A stretch of DNA of 64,000 bases. Source: the human T2T-CHM13v2.0 reference genome, Homo sapiens. The stretch lies in the NCBI RefSeq assembly GCF_009914755.1, contig NC_060925.1; one strand, 5' to 3'. How positions within the stretch are numbered: position 1 is the first letter of the stretch; every line of letters starts with the position of its first letter. The notes beneath the pieces were generated by a model. That model made no database searches. It saw nothing but the letters and a program-made list of their open reading frames with translations, and was not told the DNA's origin. The position numbers and the translations under genes are program-made. Positions 15,969-29,872 of this stretch are shown in pieces.

Positions 15969-16492
15969 TGTATTAGTCAGGGTTCTCTTAGAGGGACAGA
16001 ACTAACAGGAGATAGAGGTAGAGATAGAGCTAGAGCTAGAGCTAGAGACATAGACATAGACTAGACATAGTCATAGACATAGACATAGACATAGACATAG
16101 ACATAGACATAGACAGACATAGACATAGACAAGCTTACTTATCAACTTACATGATCACAAGATCCCACAATAGGCTATCTGCAAGCTGAGGAGCAAGGAC
16201 AGCCAGTCCGAGTCCCAAAATTGAAAAACTTGGGGCCTGATGTTTGAGGGCAGGGAGCATCCAGCACGGGAGAAAGATGTAGGCTGGGAGGCTAGGCCCA
16301 TCTCACCACTTCATGTTTTTCTGTCTGCTTTATGTTTGCTGATTAGATGGTGCCCACTGAATTAAGGGTGGGTCTGCCTTCCCCAGCCCACTGACTCAAA
16401 TGTTAATCTCCTTTGGCAACACCCTTACAGATACACCCAAGATCAATATTGCATCCTTCAATCTAATCAAGTTGACAGTATTAACCGTCACA
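15969..16492 (-). mobile_element. HERV-L solo LTR MLT2A1/A2
   Basis: TGTATTAGTCAGGGTTCTCTTAGAGGGACAGAACTAA...ATTAACCGTCACA; perfect 5-bp TSD GATCC (15964-15968, 16493-16497). Confidence 0.9.
16010..16131. repeat. Hexanucleotide microsatellite (TAGAGC)n grading into (TAGACA)n inside the MLT2A LTR
   Basis: Direct reading of the tandem units. Confidence 0.9.
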
Positions 16493-16793
16493 GATCCCAG
16501 TGAAATGAAATTAAGAATCAATAACAAAACATACTTAATGTTATTTCAGTACTTTAAACTTTAGTGAGGTTTATTTTATGGCCTAGCTTGTGGTCTGTCC
16601 TGGAGATGTTTTGTGTGCACTTGAGAACAAAGCATGTTCTCCTACTGTTGTGTAGAGTATCCTATAGATGTCTGTTAGGTCTAGCTGATTTTTAGATTTT
16701 TACTGAAGTCTTCTACTTCTTTGTTGATCTTTTTCCTCATTGCTTGTCTACTATTGGAAATGAGGTATTGAAGTTTCTAACTATTATTGTTGA

Positions 16794-17185
<392 letters not shown>

Positions 17186-19116
17186 TACTCCTATTTATTT
17201 TTAATCACTTCCCCACCTTTAATCATTTCTGTTTCTCTCCATTTCTTCCTGTGTATTTGAGTTACAATCTGAAGTAATCTCTTTATCCCAACATAGCTTT
17301 GCTCCTACTCATTTCATCTTGTGCTGTTACTGGCAATATATTCTATTTCTATGTCTTATAGGGCACAGCATACATTATACACAGACTTTTTAATATAATT
17401 GCTTTTTACATTACTTACGAGAATAAGGGAAAAGAAATATGCATCTATACTGTCCTTTATAATTACATAATTACTTTTAATGGCTTTTTGTGTGCACGTA
17501 TTTTTGTGTAAACTCAAATTACTCTCTAGACTTACTTGCTTTCAGCCTGAAGAATTTATTTTAGTACTTCTCGTAAGTCTTGTCTTCTAGCAACAAATTC
17601 TCAGTTTTTGTTTATCTCAAGGCGTCTTTTCTTTTCTTTTTTGTCATGATTTTTTTAATGATACCTTAACTAGTTGTAGGATTCTCTGTTGACAGGTTTT
17701 TTTAAATATGTTATCACACTGCCCTTTGGCTACTGTTGTTTCTATTGAGAAGTCAGCTGTTAATCTTATTGAGATTCTCTTTTAAATGATAAGCCAGTTT
17801 TCTCTTTCTGCTTTCAAAACTTTCTCTGTCTTAAGATTTTAGAATTTTACTGTCACGTGTCTGTGACTCTCTTTTTGGTTGTTCTACTTGACGTTTGTTG
17901 AGTTTTCTGCATGTGTAGATCACTGTTTTTTACAAAATTTGGAAAATTTTAAGCCATTATTTCTCCAAATATTTTTTTCTGCTCTTTTCTCTCTTCTTTT
18001 GGTTTGCCCATTATGTATATATTGGTAATTGGTGTGCTTAGTGTCACAACTTTTCTGAGTCTCTGCTAATTTTTTTTATTCTTTTGTTTCTCTGTTCTTC
18101 AGGTTACATAATCTTTGTCAATCTATCCCCAAGTCTGCTAATTTTTCTTCTGCCAGTTTAAATCCACTGTTGAGTCCCTCTACTAAATTTTTCTTTTAGT
18201 TGTTATACTTTTCAACTCCAGAATTTACGTTTGGCTTTTTAAAAAAATAATATTTGTCTCTTTAGTGGTACTCTATTAGGTGCAACATTGTCATCATATC
18301 TTTATCTTTTAAAACATGGTTTCTTTTCGTTTTTTTGAAAATATTTATAACAGTTACTTGAAACTTTGCCTTTTAAATATGACATCTGGTCACTCTCACA
18401 GTCAGTTTCTGTTGTCTATTTTTTGGAGGTATGGGTCACAATTTCCTGTTTCTTATATGTCTCACAATATTTTTTGTTGGATACTAGACAAAAATGTTAC
18501 CTAAAACCCCACTGTAGAGAACATACTGTTGTAACTCTGAGTACTTCTCCCCATCCCTAGGACTTGGAATTGCTCTTTGCTTACTGACAACTTTTGTTAC
18601 TGTCTGGATCATTTAGTGAGGTTTATTTTCCTCTTGTTCTTTCTCGTTATAGCTCCATTGCCTGAAGTTTCTGATGTTATTCTTTGGTGGTAAGGCCTTG
18701 GGTATACCCTGAGTCACCCTAGGATGACAGTGGTGTTGGCAAAGCTATCTTTGACTTTTTCTTTCCCTGGTCACACCTAGTTATTAAACTCCACTACGCA
18801 CAAACTGGTTATGTCCTGGGGGCATAAATTGTTCTACAGACTATTCAATCTATTGTGGCTCTTTTGAATAGTTTTCAGGTCAATGTTTGAGATTCATGTG
18901 GAACCCCAGAGGGCTCCTCCCAGCTGTCTCCTTCCTTGGACCTCTCTGACAAACTAGTAAGCCTAAAGTTGTCTTTTACCACAATATCAGCTGGTTTTGA
19001 TTGTGCCCTTAGGCCTGAACTTTTCCTGGCTCTGTTGCAAATGAAGTCAATTTCTTTAGGAAATAATTAAGAGATTTCTGTTTTCTGTTCTTTTCTTTCA
19101 TCCATGAGCAAAATCT

Positions 19117-19421
19117 TTTTTTTTTTTTTGAGACGGAGCCTTGCTCTGTCGCCCAGGCTGGAGTACAGTGGCGCAATCTCCTTTCCCTGCAAGCTCTGCC
19201 CCCTGGGTTCATGCCATTCTCCTGCCTCAGTCTCCCTGAGTAGCTGGGACTACAGGTGCCCACCACGCCTGGCTAATTTTTTTTTTTTTTTTTTTGTATT
19301 TTTAGTAGAGACGTGGTTTCACCGTGTTCACCGGGATGGTCTCGAACTCCTGACCTTGTGATCCGCCCGCCTCGGCCTCCCAAAGTGCTGGGATTACAGG
19401 TGTGAGCCACCATGCCCGGCC
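19117..19421 (-). mobile_element. AluY
   Basis: Y diagnostics GCAAGCTC, GCCATTCTCC, CGGGATGGTCTCG; TSD AGCAAAATCT. Confidence 0.88.
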
Positions 19422-19572
19422 TAGCAAAATCTCTTAATCAAGGTTCTGTGTGTGGAGAAAATGACATGCTTCTCTCTGAGTTTAACCCCCACTTCAGGAT
19501 CTGAGCAAGAGCAAGCACCATCAGGGTCCTAGGATTCCTATTAGTGTCCTGCCCAAAGTAGAGCCTCCGTCC

Positions 19573-20232
19573 TGTTCCCGGACCAAATTGAGGGTTGGGC
19601 TGCTCTTTCTCATGGCCCAGTGAGGAGTTACAGATGAACTGGGGAGGAAGAGAGCTTTTATTTCTGCAACCAGTTACAGAAGGCCTGGAAATTATCACCA
19701 GACCAACTCAAAATTACAAAAATTTCCAGAGCTTATATACCTTCTAAGCTATATGTCTATGTGTAAGTGTGAATGCATCTAAAGACATAAGTGATTAACT
19801 TCTTTTAATCTATAACTAAGGTCTGAGTCCTGAAGACCTTCCTCTGGAGCCTCAGTAAATTTACTTAATCTAAATGGGTACAGGTGCTGGGGTGATTACC
19901 CCTATCTTGTCTCCTGCTAAACTACAGAGGTTTGGGGAGTTCCTTCAGACCTCCAATAAGCTTGTTTATGGAGGCCTGGGGAGTTTCTTCAGATCCCCCC
20001 AATAAAACTTGTTTAATCCTAAATGGGTCCTGTTAACAATTCCTTTGTTATTTTGTCATGTTTTAAGGCCTAGGAAAGACCTAGGCAAAACTCTTGGTGG
20101 GCTTTTGTCATATTTCAGCCTTGGTATAAGGGCACTGGCTTTTGTTTAGCTTTTAATATTTAACTTAACCACTCAGTCAATACTGAAACAGTTGTTATGG
20201 AGGCCTGAATTACTGAGACCCAGCCTGCCACA
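19573..20232 (-). mobile_element. ERV1 solo LTR, probably PABL_A
   Basis: 660 bp, TG...CA termini; rc starts TGTGGCAGGCTGGGTCTCAGTAATTCAGGCCTCCATAACAACTGTTTCAGTATTGACTGAGTGGTTAAGTTAAATATTAAAAGC; 4-bp TSD GTCC/ATCC; family name recalled. Confidence 0.7.
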
Positions 20233-20875
20233 ATCCCAGCATGGAGGACTAGGCAGAAAAAGGGAGCATCCACTTTTTGGCATTCACCTAGAACTTGGCC
20301 TCATCAACAGGTAGCTAGGAACGATCTGAGACCTGCCAATGGCCGCTTCTTCTGTGAAGATAGTCCTACATGTGGGATCTGAGGGTCCAGATAGTCCTGT
20401 ATTGTTAACTGCACCTGGAATGAAATCTCCATCTCACTGAACTGTTTGTTTTTATAATTTCACCATTTTCACTGGGAAGCATGTCTGTGGAGCCCCTCCT
20501 GGTGTCATGCTGGAAGTAGATATCTAAACATTTGGATTTTTTGGTGGGGGGGACTGTTTCCTTTGTCTGTTTTATACTTTTGCTTTCATAGCCCTAGATC
20601 CCCTCCATTGCCTTGTGATCCTTGATCACATCTGAGAAAGGACTGTGTGTTTCCCTTGAATTTATTTTTCTGTTTTCCAGCTATGTGTCTTGCGTGTGAT
20701 CCTTTTGACTGGGAAATGGGCTGCTAGGCTTTTGATCTCCAAATGTTAGAATAAGAAGGACTTTATTCTATGGTTAATTTAATATTTAAGAGACCAAAAT
20801 ATATCTTATTATAATTTTCATTTATTTATCAGGGTTATAGAAAATTCCTCTAAAACCTTTTACCATTCTTTTTAG

Positions 20876-20911
20876 GATTCAGTGGAGTCACCAGAATTCC
20901 ACTCCAACTCT
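20876..20911 (+). other. Candidate 36-nt internal exon of an unidentified + strand gene
   Basis: CCTTTTACCATTCTTTTTAG|G acceptor, TCT|GTAAGC donor, length divisible by 3, non-repeat sequence. Confidence 0.35.
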
Positions 20912-21589
20912 GTAAGCAAGATGTTTTCCTAGATGTTTTCCTCCAGCAGGTTTCGGCTGTCACATAACACAACTGGAGATGCTACCCCCAGGGTCCTGTG
21001 GCTCACCCTGACACAATCACATGCAATCTCTTTCTTTATAGTTGTTGTGCTGTGGCTAATTGTGCTCATTTTATGTAATTAATTCCGCAGGATTTTAATG
21101 TGTGCTATTAAATCAAGTTAAAACATGATAATTGTTTGATTTAACTGCCTTAGAACACTGCGTTCAAATAGATCCCAGGGTAGACCAGAGGTAGTTCAGG
21201 CATCATAGTACCTAGGGCCATAAATTGTTACTAAAGTTTCTTATCCTCTAACAGCAACCCAGGAAAGTAAGGAACTCTAGTGCATTTACACCTGTCTGTA
21301 TAGGAAGCAGATATTGAAAGCCGGCCAGAATAGGATATTCTGAAGGGTCATGATCAAAGTACTGAAGACTATTTTCTTTTATAAGAGGTAAAAAGAAGAC
21401 AGCGAAAAATAGTGCCAGTTGCCTTAAGTAACCTGGTTATAACAAAACATGGAGCATGACTATGATAAGAGAAAGAACAGTTGGTGTGCATCTGGGAAGT
21501 TTTTACTGTATGCTTACAGTGCTCATGGTTCTAAGTGTGGAAAGGGAGACTGTGAAAAGTGATGTGAGATCTACTGATCAAACACTTTT

Positions 21590-21879
21590 TTTTTTTTTGA
21601 GACAAAGTCTCGCTCTGTCTCCAGACTGGAGTGCAGTAGCACAATCTCGGCTTACTGCAACTTCGGCCTCCTGGGTTCAAGGGATTCTCCTGCCTCAGCC
21701 TCCTGAGTAGCTGGGACTACAGACGCGTGCCACCACGCCCGGCTAATTTTTTGTATTTTTTAGTAGAAACGCGGTTTCACCGTGTTAGCCAGGCTGTTCT
21801 GGACTTCCTGATCTCGTGACTCGCCCACCTCAGCCTCCCAAAGTGCTGGTATTACAGGCGTGAGCCACCGCACCAGGCC
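21590..21879 (-). mobile_element. AluSc-like
   Basis: Full dimer with T tail; degenerate TSD CAAAC(A/T)CTT. Confidence 0.88.
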
Positions 21880-21934
21880 CAAACTCTTATTTTTTAAAAT
21901 AAATTGGCTTCTGGTTTGACATTTTTGTTTTCAG

Positions 21935-22035
21935 GTCTAGGGAGATTTAGGACTTAAGAATACAAGATTTACTTTTATACATATATCCTTTTACTATTGT
22001 TGTGTTTAAAATAAAATTTCTATATCACAATATAT
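21935..22035 (+). other. Candidate terminal exon with polyadenylation signal
   Basis: TTGAC branch-like plus ATTTTTGTTTTCAG|G acceptor; stops in all three frames within 23 nt; AATAAA at 22010-22015 and again downstream. Confidence 0.35.
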
Positions 22036-22453
22036 GAGTCTGCCACGAGCGCTATGAGAAAAATAGATCATGTCCCACTTTGGTGGGCATGTGATGTTAG
22101 TAAAGACTTAAAAACAGTATGTATGACCTTTTGAAAATAAAACATTTCTTGGTTGACTACACCTTAACCACAGTAATTTCTTGAAACTATATGAGCACAA
22201 CATTTATTTACAAAATTAACTATTTTTCTAGAACGAGTTTAGATGAGTGTACTTCCATTTAAGAAAATAAAATGAATTACAATTAGGATTAAAACAATAA
22301 ACTAATACAGTAAAAACTTGCCATACATGAGGTCCAGAAATTTCAGTTGCGTTAAACACGGGGTGACGTTGTCGTGAGGTCAGTGACTGACTTGAGGGCC
22401 CTTCGCTGGTCCGGAGGCAAGAGCCAAATCGGTTCCATCCCGGTTGCATCTTG

Positions 22454-22469
22454 GCGCCACCTGGTGGCA
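22454..22469 (-). promoter_or_regulatory. CTCF core motif within a locally CpG-rich element
   Basis: rc TGCCACCAGGTGGCGC matches the CTCF consensus CCACYAGRKGGCRS; about 12 CpGs in 22350-22525. Confidence 0.75.
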
Positions 22470-23130
22470 CGATTCTGCTCTGGTATCCGTATCAATGGGA
22501 ATGGTTTGGGGTCCAGTAGCTCGCTGGAGAAAAAATAATTATCATTATTATATTAGGAATTCCAAGGAATTCCAGTTTCCACAGTTCTTTTTGTGAAGAC
22601 TGATGAAGAGAAGCACTGAGTTACTAGGACCGTGGTTTTTTTCTTTGGCTGCCCGTTGCTCAAGCCTTTTGTCAGCACAGCAGCTGAAGTCAGGTGAGGT
22701 CCCTCCTCTGCTATAGCGATTCCCATCTTACTCCCAGGAGAAATCTCCAAGGCCCTCAGATCTTCTCTTCCCCCACATCCTCCCCACCTCTCTGGCCTCA
22801 TCTAGTACCACTTTCTCCTTGCTCATTCTGCTCCAACTACGCTGGCCTCATTGCTGTTTCTGGATCCCACCAGGGTGGTTAGCTGGAACTCCAGGCTGCA
22901 GCGGTGAGTCCAGGTTTCCTCATGGTTTTTAAGCAATCCATGGAGGTAGGAATGGGAGGACGCCAGGAAGGCCATGTGCTTCTTACCTATGGAAATAGGG
23001 TTGCCTTCCATTATGCTCCTGGTCTCTTCCTCTTCACTTCCCACTACCTTCTCCTTCCCAAAGATAAAAAGGGTTGCCCCTGCCCTGCTTCTCAAATAGA
23101 AGTTGGACGAGGGCAAAGAATAGAAGCCAA

Positions 23131-23261
23131 CCTCTCTCTCTGTCTCTCTCTCTCTTTCCCTCCCTCCCTTTCTCTCTCTTTCTCTCCCTCTCTCTCTCTT
23201 TCCTTCCCTCTCTCTCTCTCTTTCTCTCCCTTTGTCTCTCTCTGTCTCTGTCCCTCTCTCT

Positions 23262-23300
<39 letters not shown>
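23131..23300. repeat. Compound (CT)-rich polypyrimidine tract plus (CA)n microsatellite
   Basis: Direct reading. Confidence 0.95.
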
Positions 23301-23303
<3 letters not shown>

Positions 23304-23852
23304 TATATTAAAATCTCTGTTATTGCAAGCTGTTTTTGTACCCACTTTCTGCAGTTCATTAGGGAATACATAATTCCATGACTTCATTTGCGTATGAATA
23401 AAGCTAGTCACTTAAAGGATCAAACATTTTTACAAATAACTCTTATAATAAATAACTTTCTTAAATGTGTACTGTTCTACTCTGCTTTCTTAGTTCTGAT
23501 TTGTCAAAGTTTATCACCACAATCATCATTTGTTATATCCCATTTTAATAAGGACATAAGTATATTGCAGAGGCAATTGTGATTTTTTTTTTCTACCTAC
23601 ACACTGCAAATGACAACTGATTTGAGGCTTTTTGAGATCTCAACTTAGGGGTTTATATTTGCCTCAATTATTTTCCTATTTCTGAAGATTTCAACGGCTA
23701 TTGTCGCTACCTTTAGCATACTCGCCTCTAGTAACCAATGTCTATTGACAATTCTAACTTACTATATTAGGATAATATCCCATGGGCTAAAAAGCCAAAT
23801 AAAAATTTTATTAGAAAATATCAAACACCGGTCCATGGTCTCTGAGCAAGGG

Positions 23853-24320
23853 TGTGGTGGATCATTTGCAGCATGACCTCCGCATATCCTCTCCTTATGT
23901 CCGCATCCGTGAGTGGTCTTCTTGACTCTGACTCTGGGCTTGATCAGCTGACTTGCTTAGCCTAAGAAGCAACTTTTGAGCCCTGAAATCTGGGGGCCTT
24001 ACAGCTTCTTTTCTCAGAACCCTGAGACTACCTGGCGAAGAAGCTTGGGTTGTCCTCCTGGAGGATAAGAAATCACGTGGCAAAGAGAGTCCCAGCCAAT
24101 AGCCAGCACCACCACACATGTGAGTGAGGACATTTGATACCACCTAGCCCGAGCTGAGCCTCCAGATGACTGCAGCTGCATGCATGACCCCTGGCAAAAC
24201 CAGCAGAACTGCTTGACTGAGTCCAGTCCTGATTGCTCATTCACAGAGTGAGGAGCAAATGAAGGGGTCATGGGTCATGGTGGTGGTGATTTGTTACACA
24301 GGAAAGGGTAATTCATGCAC
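23853..24320 (+). mobile_element. Old MaLR LTR (MLT1F-J type)
   Basis: TGTGG start; GAGCCTCCAGATGACTGCAGC...AACCAGCAGAACTGC...GGTGATTTGTTACACAG end motifs. Confidence 0.7.
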
Positions 24321-24897
24321 AAGGCCTCTGCCATTTACCTTCAAATAAAGTAGCTGGGTTTGGTGAAGACCTCTGAAATATCTGTTTGGCCTCCAGAGGT
24401 GGGCTTTACTTATTCCAAAATTCTGGGCTTGGTTTCAGGTAACCGAGAGCCTTCCAACTAAATGCCATTTACTCACATTATGAAAACCTCATGGCTCTCC
24501 TAGAGATGTTTAAGCAATTTAAGGATAATGAACCACTTATGAGATTGGAAGGGAGACAGATAAGCTTAAAAGTGTTAGGAGCCTCTGCCAACCGAAACTC
24601 CATCAGAAATGAAAATGAAGTGTCTCTAAATGTGTTAAGAAAGTGACTGTAAACGTGGGATTCAATGCGAAAAATTCCACGCACCTCAAACTTTCAGAAA
24701 TAGTGAATGCACTCTGTCCCTGCCTTTTGGTTTATGGCTTCCTCTTGAAACTCCTGTATTAAGAAAACTTCAACAACTGCTGTCAGCCAGATGCAGTCAA
24801 GGGTGCTGTGAAAGGTGCAAAGGTAAGTTAGCCCTGACTCTCATCTGATTCACAGTCTGTAACAGAAGACTCACATGCTAACAGCTACAAGAAGCAG

Positions 24898-24950
24898 CTC
24901 AGCCTCCCAAGTAGCTGGGACTACAGGCGCGTGCCACCATGCCTTAGCTA
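24898..24950 (-). mobile_element. Internal Alu fragment (53 bp) without tail
   Basis: CTCAGCCTCCCAAGTAGCTGGGACTACAGGCGCGTGCCACCATGCC. Confidence 0.85.
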
Positions 24951-25247
24951 TGAGAGAAGCCATCATAGAACCCATAATTGCTGTCCCTGAAACAGAAGTA
25001 GGCACAAATAGGAACTATAATAGAAGTAGGAACAAAGTACAGTAGGAGCAGGAATAGCCAGTAATCTGGGAGTCAGAGAGGTGTGTGTGTGAGCAAGCAT
25101 GTGTGTGTGCATGTGTGCATGCAGTAAGAGGCAAGAGTGCAGACCACGTAGGCCTTGCAGACCGCTGTAAATGCTTGGCTTTTGTTCCTTGTGAGACAGG
25201 AATAAAGAAATGTCCAAGCAGAGGAGTGACAGGATAAGATATGAGAC

Positions 25248-25981
<734 letters not shown>

Positions 25982-28792
25982 TGAGATTTATATTTTGAAA
26001 GCATCTCTCTGTCTGCAGTGCTAAGAGCCAAAAGGTGGAGAACAAGTTGCCAGAACTTACAAGTCTTCTTAGGCCTCACTCACAGGCTCATGGGAGCCCA
26101 GCCTCCCCCAGGGTCCTCAGAACAGGGGTCCCAAAGTCCCTGAGGTAGTCCTCTCTTGGCTACCACCCCGGCACTCTTAACACAGTCTTGCATTTGCCTG
26201 CCATTTCTGTTGCTCTTCCTGTAGCTCAGACATTCTCCCCTTGTCCCTGATGGGCACCATGCTCAGTTGTGTCTTGATTTCATTGCCACCAGTCTCGTAC
26301 TGCCCAGACTGTGCTACATTCTGGCTGCCAGCTTCTGTGTGCCCGGAGGATACCCTTCATTCTTACTTGAGCTGGCCTTGGTTATACAGGAATGGAGACA
26401 GCACCACCTTGTGCTCTAATCTCATACAGAACTTTCAAACCCAAATCTTCTTCCAACCACCTCCTCCACCAGGAAGTTGGTTTAAATGGCTGGAAAGAAC
26501 GTGCAGAGCCAAAGAAGCCTGAGCAGCACATACTCTGCGGGATTCAAGGCCATCCTTTCTGCCCATTCTAAACTGACCTTGCTCCTTAGAGCCCTGTACA
26601 AACACAGCATCCTCTGGTGTGAAGATGAGATCTCATGCATTCCCCAGAAGGTTCTGACCTTCCTTCATACAGCAGGTTCCTGGAAGGCCTACCTGCTGGC
26701 TCTAGTGGGTGAATATGATGAAGCCTGCAGGCTGCCTGGCCAATTACTTCATTAATGCTGACATGAAAGCACAGCACATCAAAATAGAAAACATGGTTTT
26801 TATGCCTTCATTTCCCAGTAGGCTTTTAAATAATTTACTTTTCCTATACATGGAGGAATTTATTTATGCGTATACCAACCAAATAGTCTTGATTTTTTAA
26901 AGTATGTATTCCAAGTATTTTTATCCTGGTTTCAGGTCACCTTGACTAATTTCCAGTTTAGCAAATATGGTGACCATAGCCATATTATGCCTCTCTCCCA
27001 TAGACAAATCTAACAGAATGTTGGGTGTGTCCGCAATTTGTTTTTAATTACCTTTATAGATAGTTTCCATGTGTATTATTGTTTTTTAATCTCATCAGGT
27101 TCATAGAATTGTTCTAACAATTCATATTAGTTAACATCTTTTTCTGTTTTTCCATATTTTAAGAATTTGTGTATTTCCTGCAGTTTTTTTTGTAAGGTTA
27201 TAATTGACATATTTTTATGCCACCCCATAACATATCAGTTCATTTTAGTAATTTTGTATGATGGCCTCCTTAAAATAAATAATTAATGCTCCTCTCAACC
27301 TTCTAGATTTGTGCAGAGTTACAATTGGAGACTGTTAGAACTAGGAAGAATCTGAGAGCTTACCCTCAACTCCCATTTTGGGAGATGAGGAAATAGATGC
27401 AGAGCAATCCCGTCTCACCTGAAGCCCTGCCTCCAGGCAGCCGACAGAGCCTCACGACTCTATCAGAGAAAGTCTGTCTTGTTAGGTATACAGTGAAGAG
27501 ACTGTATACCTTTCAAAGGAGTTGTCCCTCCTCTGGCCCTATGTGTGGAGAGGACCCAAGAGCAGACCCGGCAGAGTCTAGGGACCTGGCAAGTCAAGAA
27601 TCTATCAATAATATCGCTACAACACATGAGTACCTGCTGGGGGTCAGGTGCTAGTCAAATGCTTTCTTTATTTCCTTGACAATTACTTACTGAGAAACTA
27701 TGGGCCAGGCACTGTTCAAAGTCCTTGGGACTCTCCAGAGAGTAAAATGGTAAAACAGCTCCATCATCATGGTGCTTCTTTTAGAACCATTTTCAGAAAG
27801 CTTGTTCCCATCCTGGTTTCATTAGAGCAAAGACGACGTTCTTGTCACTCCTGCTGGGTCCTCCACCCCTGGCAGAGAGCCTGTAAGTTAATGGGTGGGT
27901 GGACAGTCCTTACGTGACCAAATTCATGTGTTTCCAAATCTTTGCCATTTCTCTCACCTCTGATAGGAGTAGAGCATTAATGGGTTAAACAGAAATTATC
28001 AGTTTAGTAGGCTCTCACCATGAAAGTTACAACAAATAACATTTTTAGGAATATTTAATGAACATTCCATGTTATTCAGATCTATGAACATGCAATTTGT
28101 CATTGAAGAAGTGAGGCCTTGGGAAGAAAGCAGCAGAATGCTTCAAAAGGTGTCTAATTTCCACCTACAAACCTATTAATAACAGCTCCTCCCAAACTCC
28201 GTACCTCCTATTGGCATGCCTCGTTAAGATGTAATTAATGGCCAAGGACCACCCTTTCTACTCCCCAAATTGTTGGCTAGTTGTTGAAGTTATGGGAGTT
28301 AAGAAACTCCACTATCCCTTGTCAATAAAGTTTCATTATATCCCACAGGGCACAATTGGCACCATTTACTGGCCTGGACAGAAAAAGGAATCAGGGGACT
28401 CATGAGTGTGGTTGCTTGAATTGGGAATGAGAGAACTTATGACAATGTAGCTGAGTGGAAATAACTGTTTTTAGAGTCAGATTTATGTAAGTGACTACTG
28501 AAATTAATTCAACAACAGTAGATATTGTAGGCAGCATGACTGCTTTATGTGCTGTTGCTAACTCCAAGGATTTCTAGAAGAATAGGACAATCCTAACAGT
28601 GCTGGTTTATTTTGGATATTTTTCTGTCTTGTCTAAGTAGCTGTGCCCTGGGTTTACATTTATTTATCTGTGAAGAAGGTTGCACTTAATAAAAGGCACT
28701 TGCTATGGTCATATGTTTCTTTCTGCCTTTATTCAGATGCAAACATAATTTTCTGTTAGTGACAATTGCCTGTGCCAGTCATTGGGCCCTTA

Positions 28793-29480
28793 ATTCACTC
28801 AACAGATACTTCCTGAGCACTCATCAGACACTGATGGAGATAATGCAGTGAACAAAACAAAACCCTGGCCCTCCTTGGTAGAAAGAGAGAGACATGAAGC
28901 AAATATACAATTAAATATGTAACATGTTAGGTAGCGTTTAATACGATGGAGAAAAATTAAGCCAGGAGGGCCTGGGACAGACAGGAGAACTTGCCATTTT
29001 CTATGCGGTGACCGGGGAAGTATCTCTGATGTGAAGATAATTGAACAGAGAAAGGGGTGGGGGGCTGTGGATCTCGGGAAGAACGGTGTTCCAGGCAGAA
29101 AAGAAAGCCAATGCAACCCCTTGCAATGAGGCTATGCTTGAAGTGTTTGGGGAACAGGAGGAAGCCAAAATGGCTGCGGCCTATGAGTCAGCAAAGAGTG
29201 GCAGGACCCATGGGCAAGGGGGCAAGGGTCCCCATCACACCAGGCCTCAGAGGTCTTGTAAGGACCTTGGCTTGGCATGGAGAGATGGGAAGACCCTGGA
29301 AGGCTTTGATTAGAGGAGTGGCATGAACTAACTTAGGTTTGAAAAGAATCACTTTGGTTGTTATATGGCAAAGCAGATGGTGGGAGGACAGGCGTGGGCA
29401 CTGGGAGACCTGGCGAGGGTGTTTGTGATAACCCAGTGGAGAGATGATGGAGGTGGCTGCAGAGGCAGTACAAAGTGATC
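28793..29480 (-). mobile_element. L2 LINE 3' fragment
   Basis: TTCACTCAACAGATACTTCCTGAGCAC...CAGTGAACAAAACA...GAGATGGGAAGACCCTGGAAGGCTTTGA. Confidence 0.75.
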
Positions 29481-29571
29481 CCATTGACTCATCTGTTCCG
29501 TGTGGATGTGTCTGTACCTTTCCCACAAGAACACAAATGTCAGATGGGCAGATATGCTAGCTTCTATTTCC

Positions 29572-29872
<301 letters not shown>

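Noticed and set aside
22396-22450. tRNA or other Pol III RNA gene near the B-box-like motif
   Set aside because: No cloverleaf, convincing A-box or oligo-T terminator; kept only as a possible TFIIIC motif.
22823-23411. Overlapping ORFs of 99-159 aa
   Set aside because: They are open only because of the (CT)n/(CA)n microsatellite; the translations are low-complexity.
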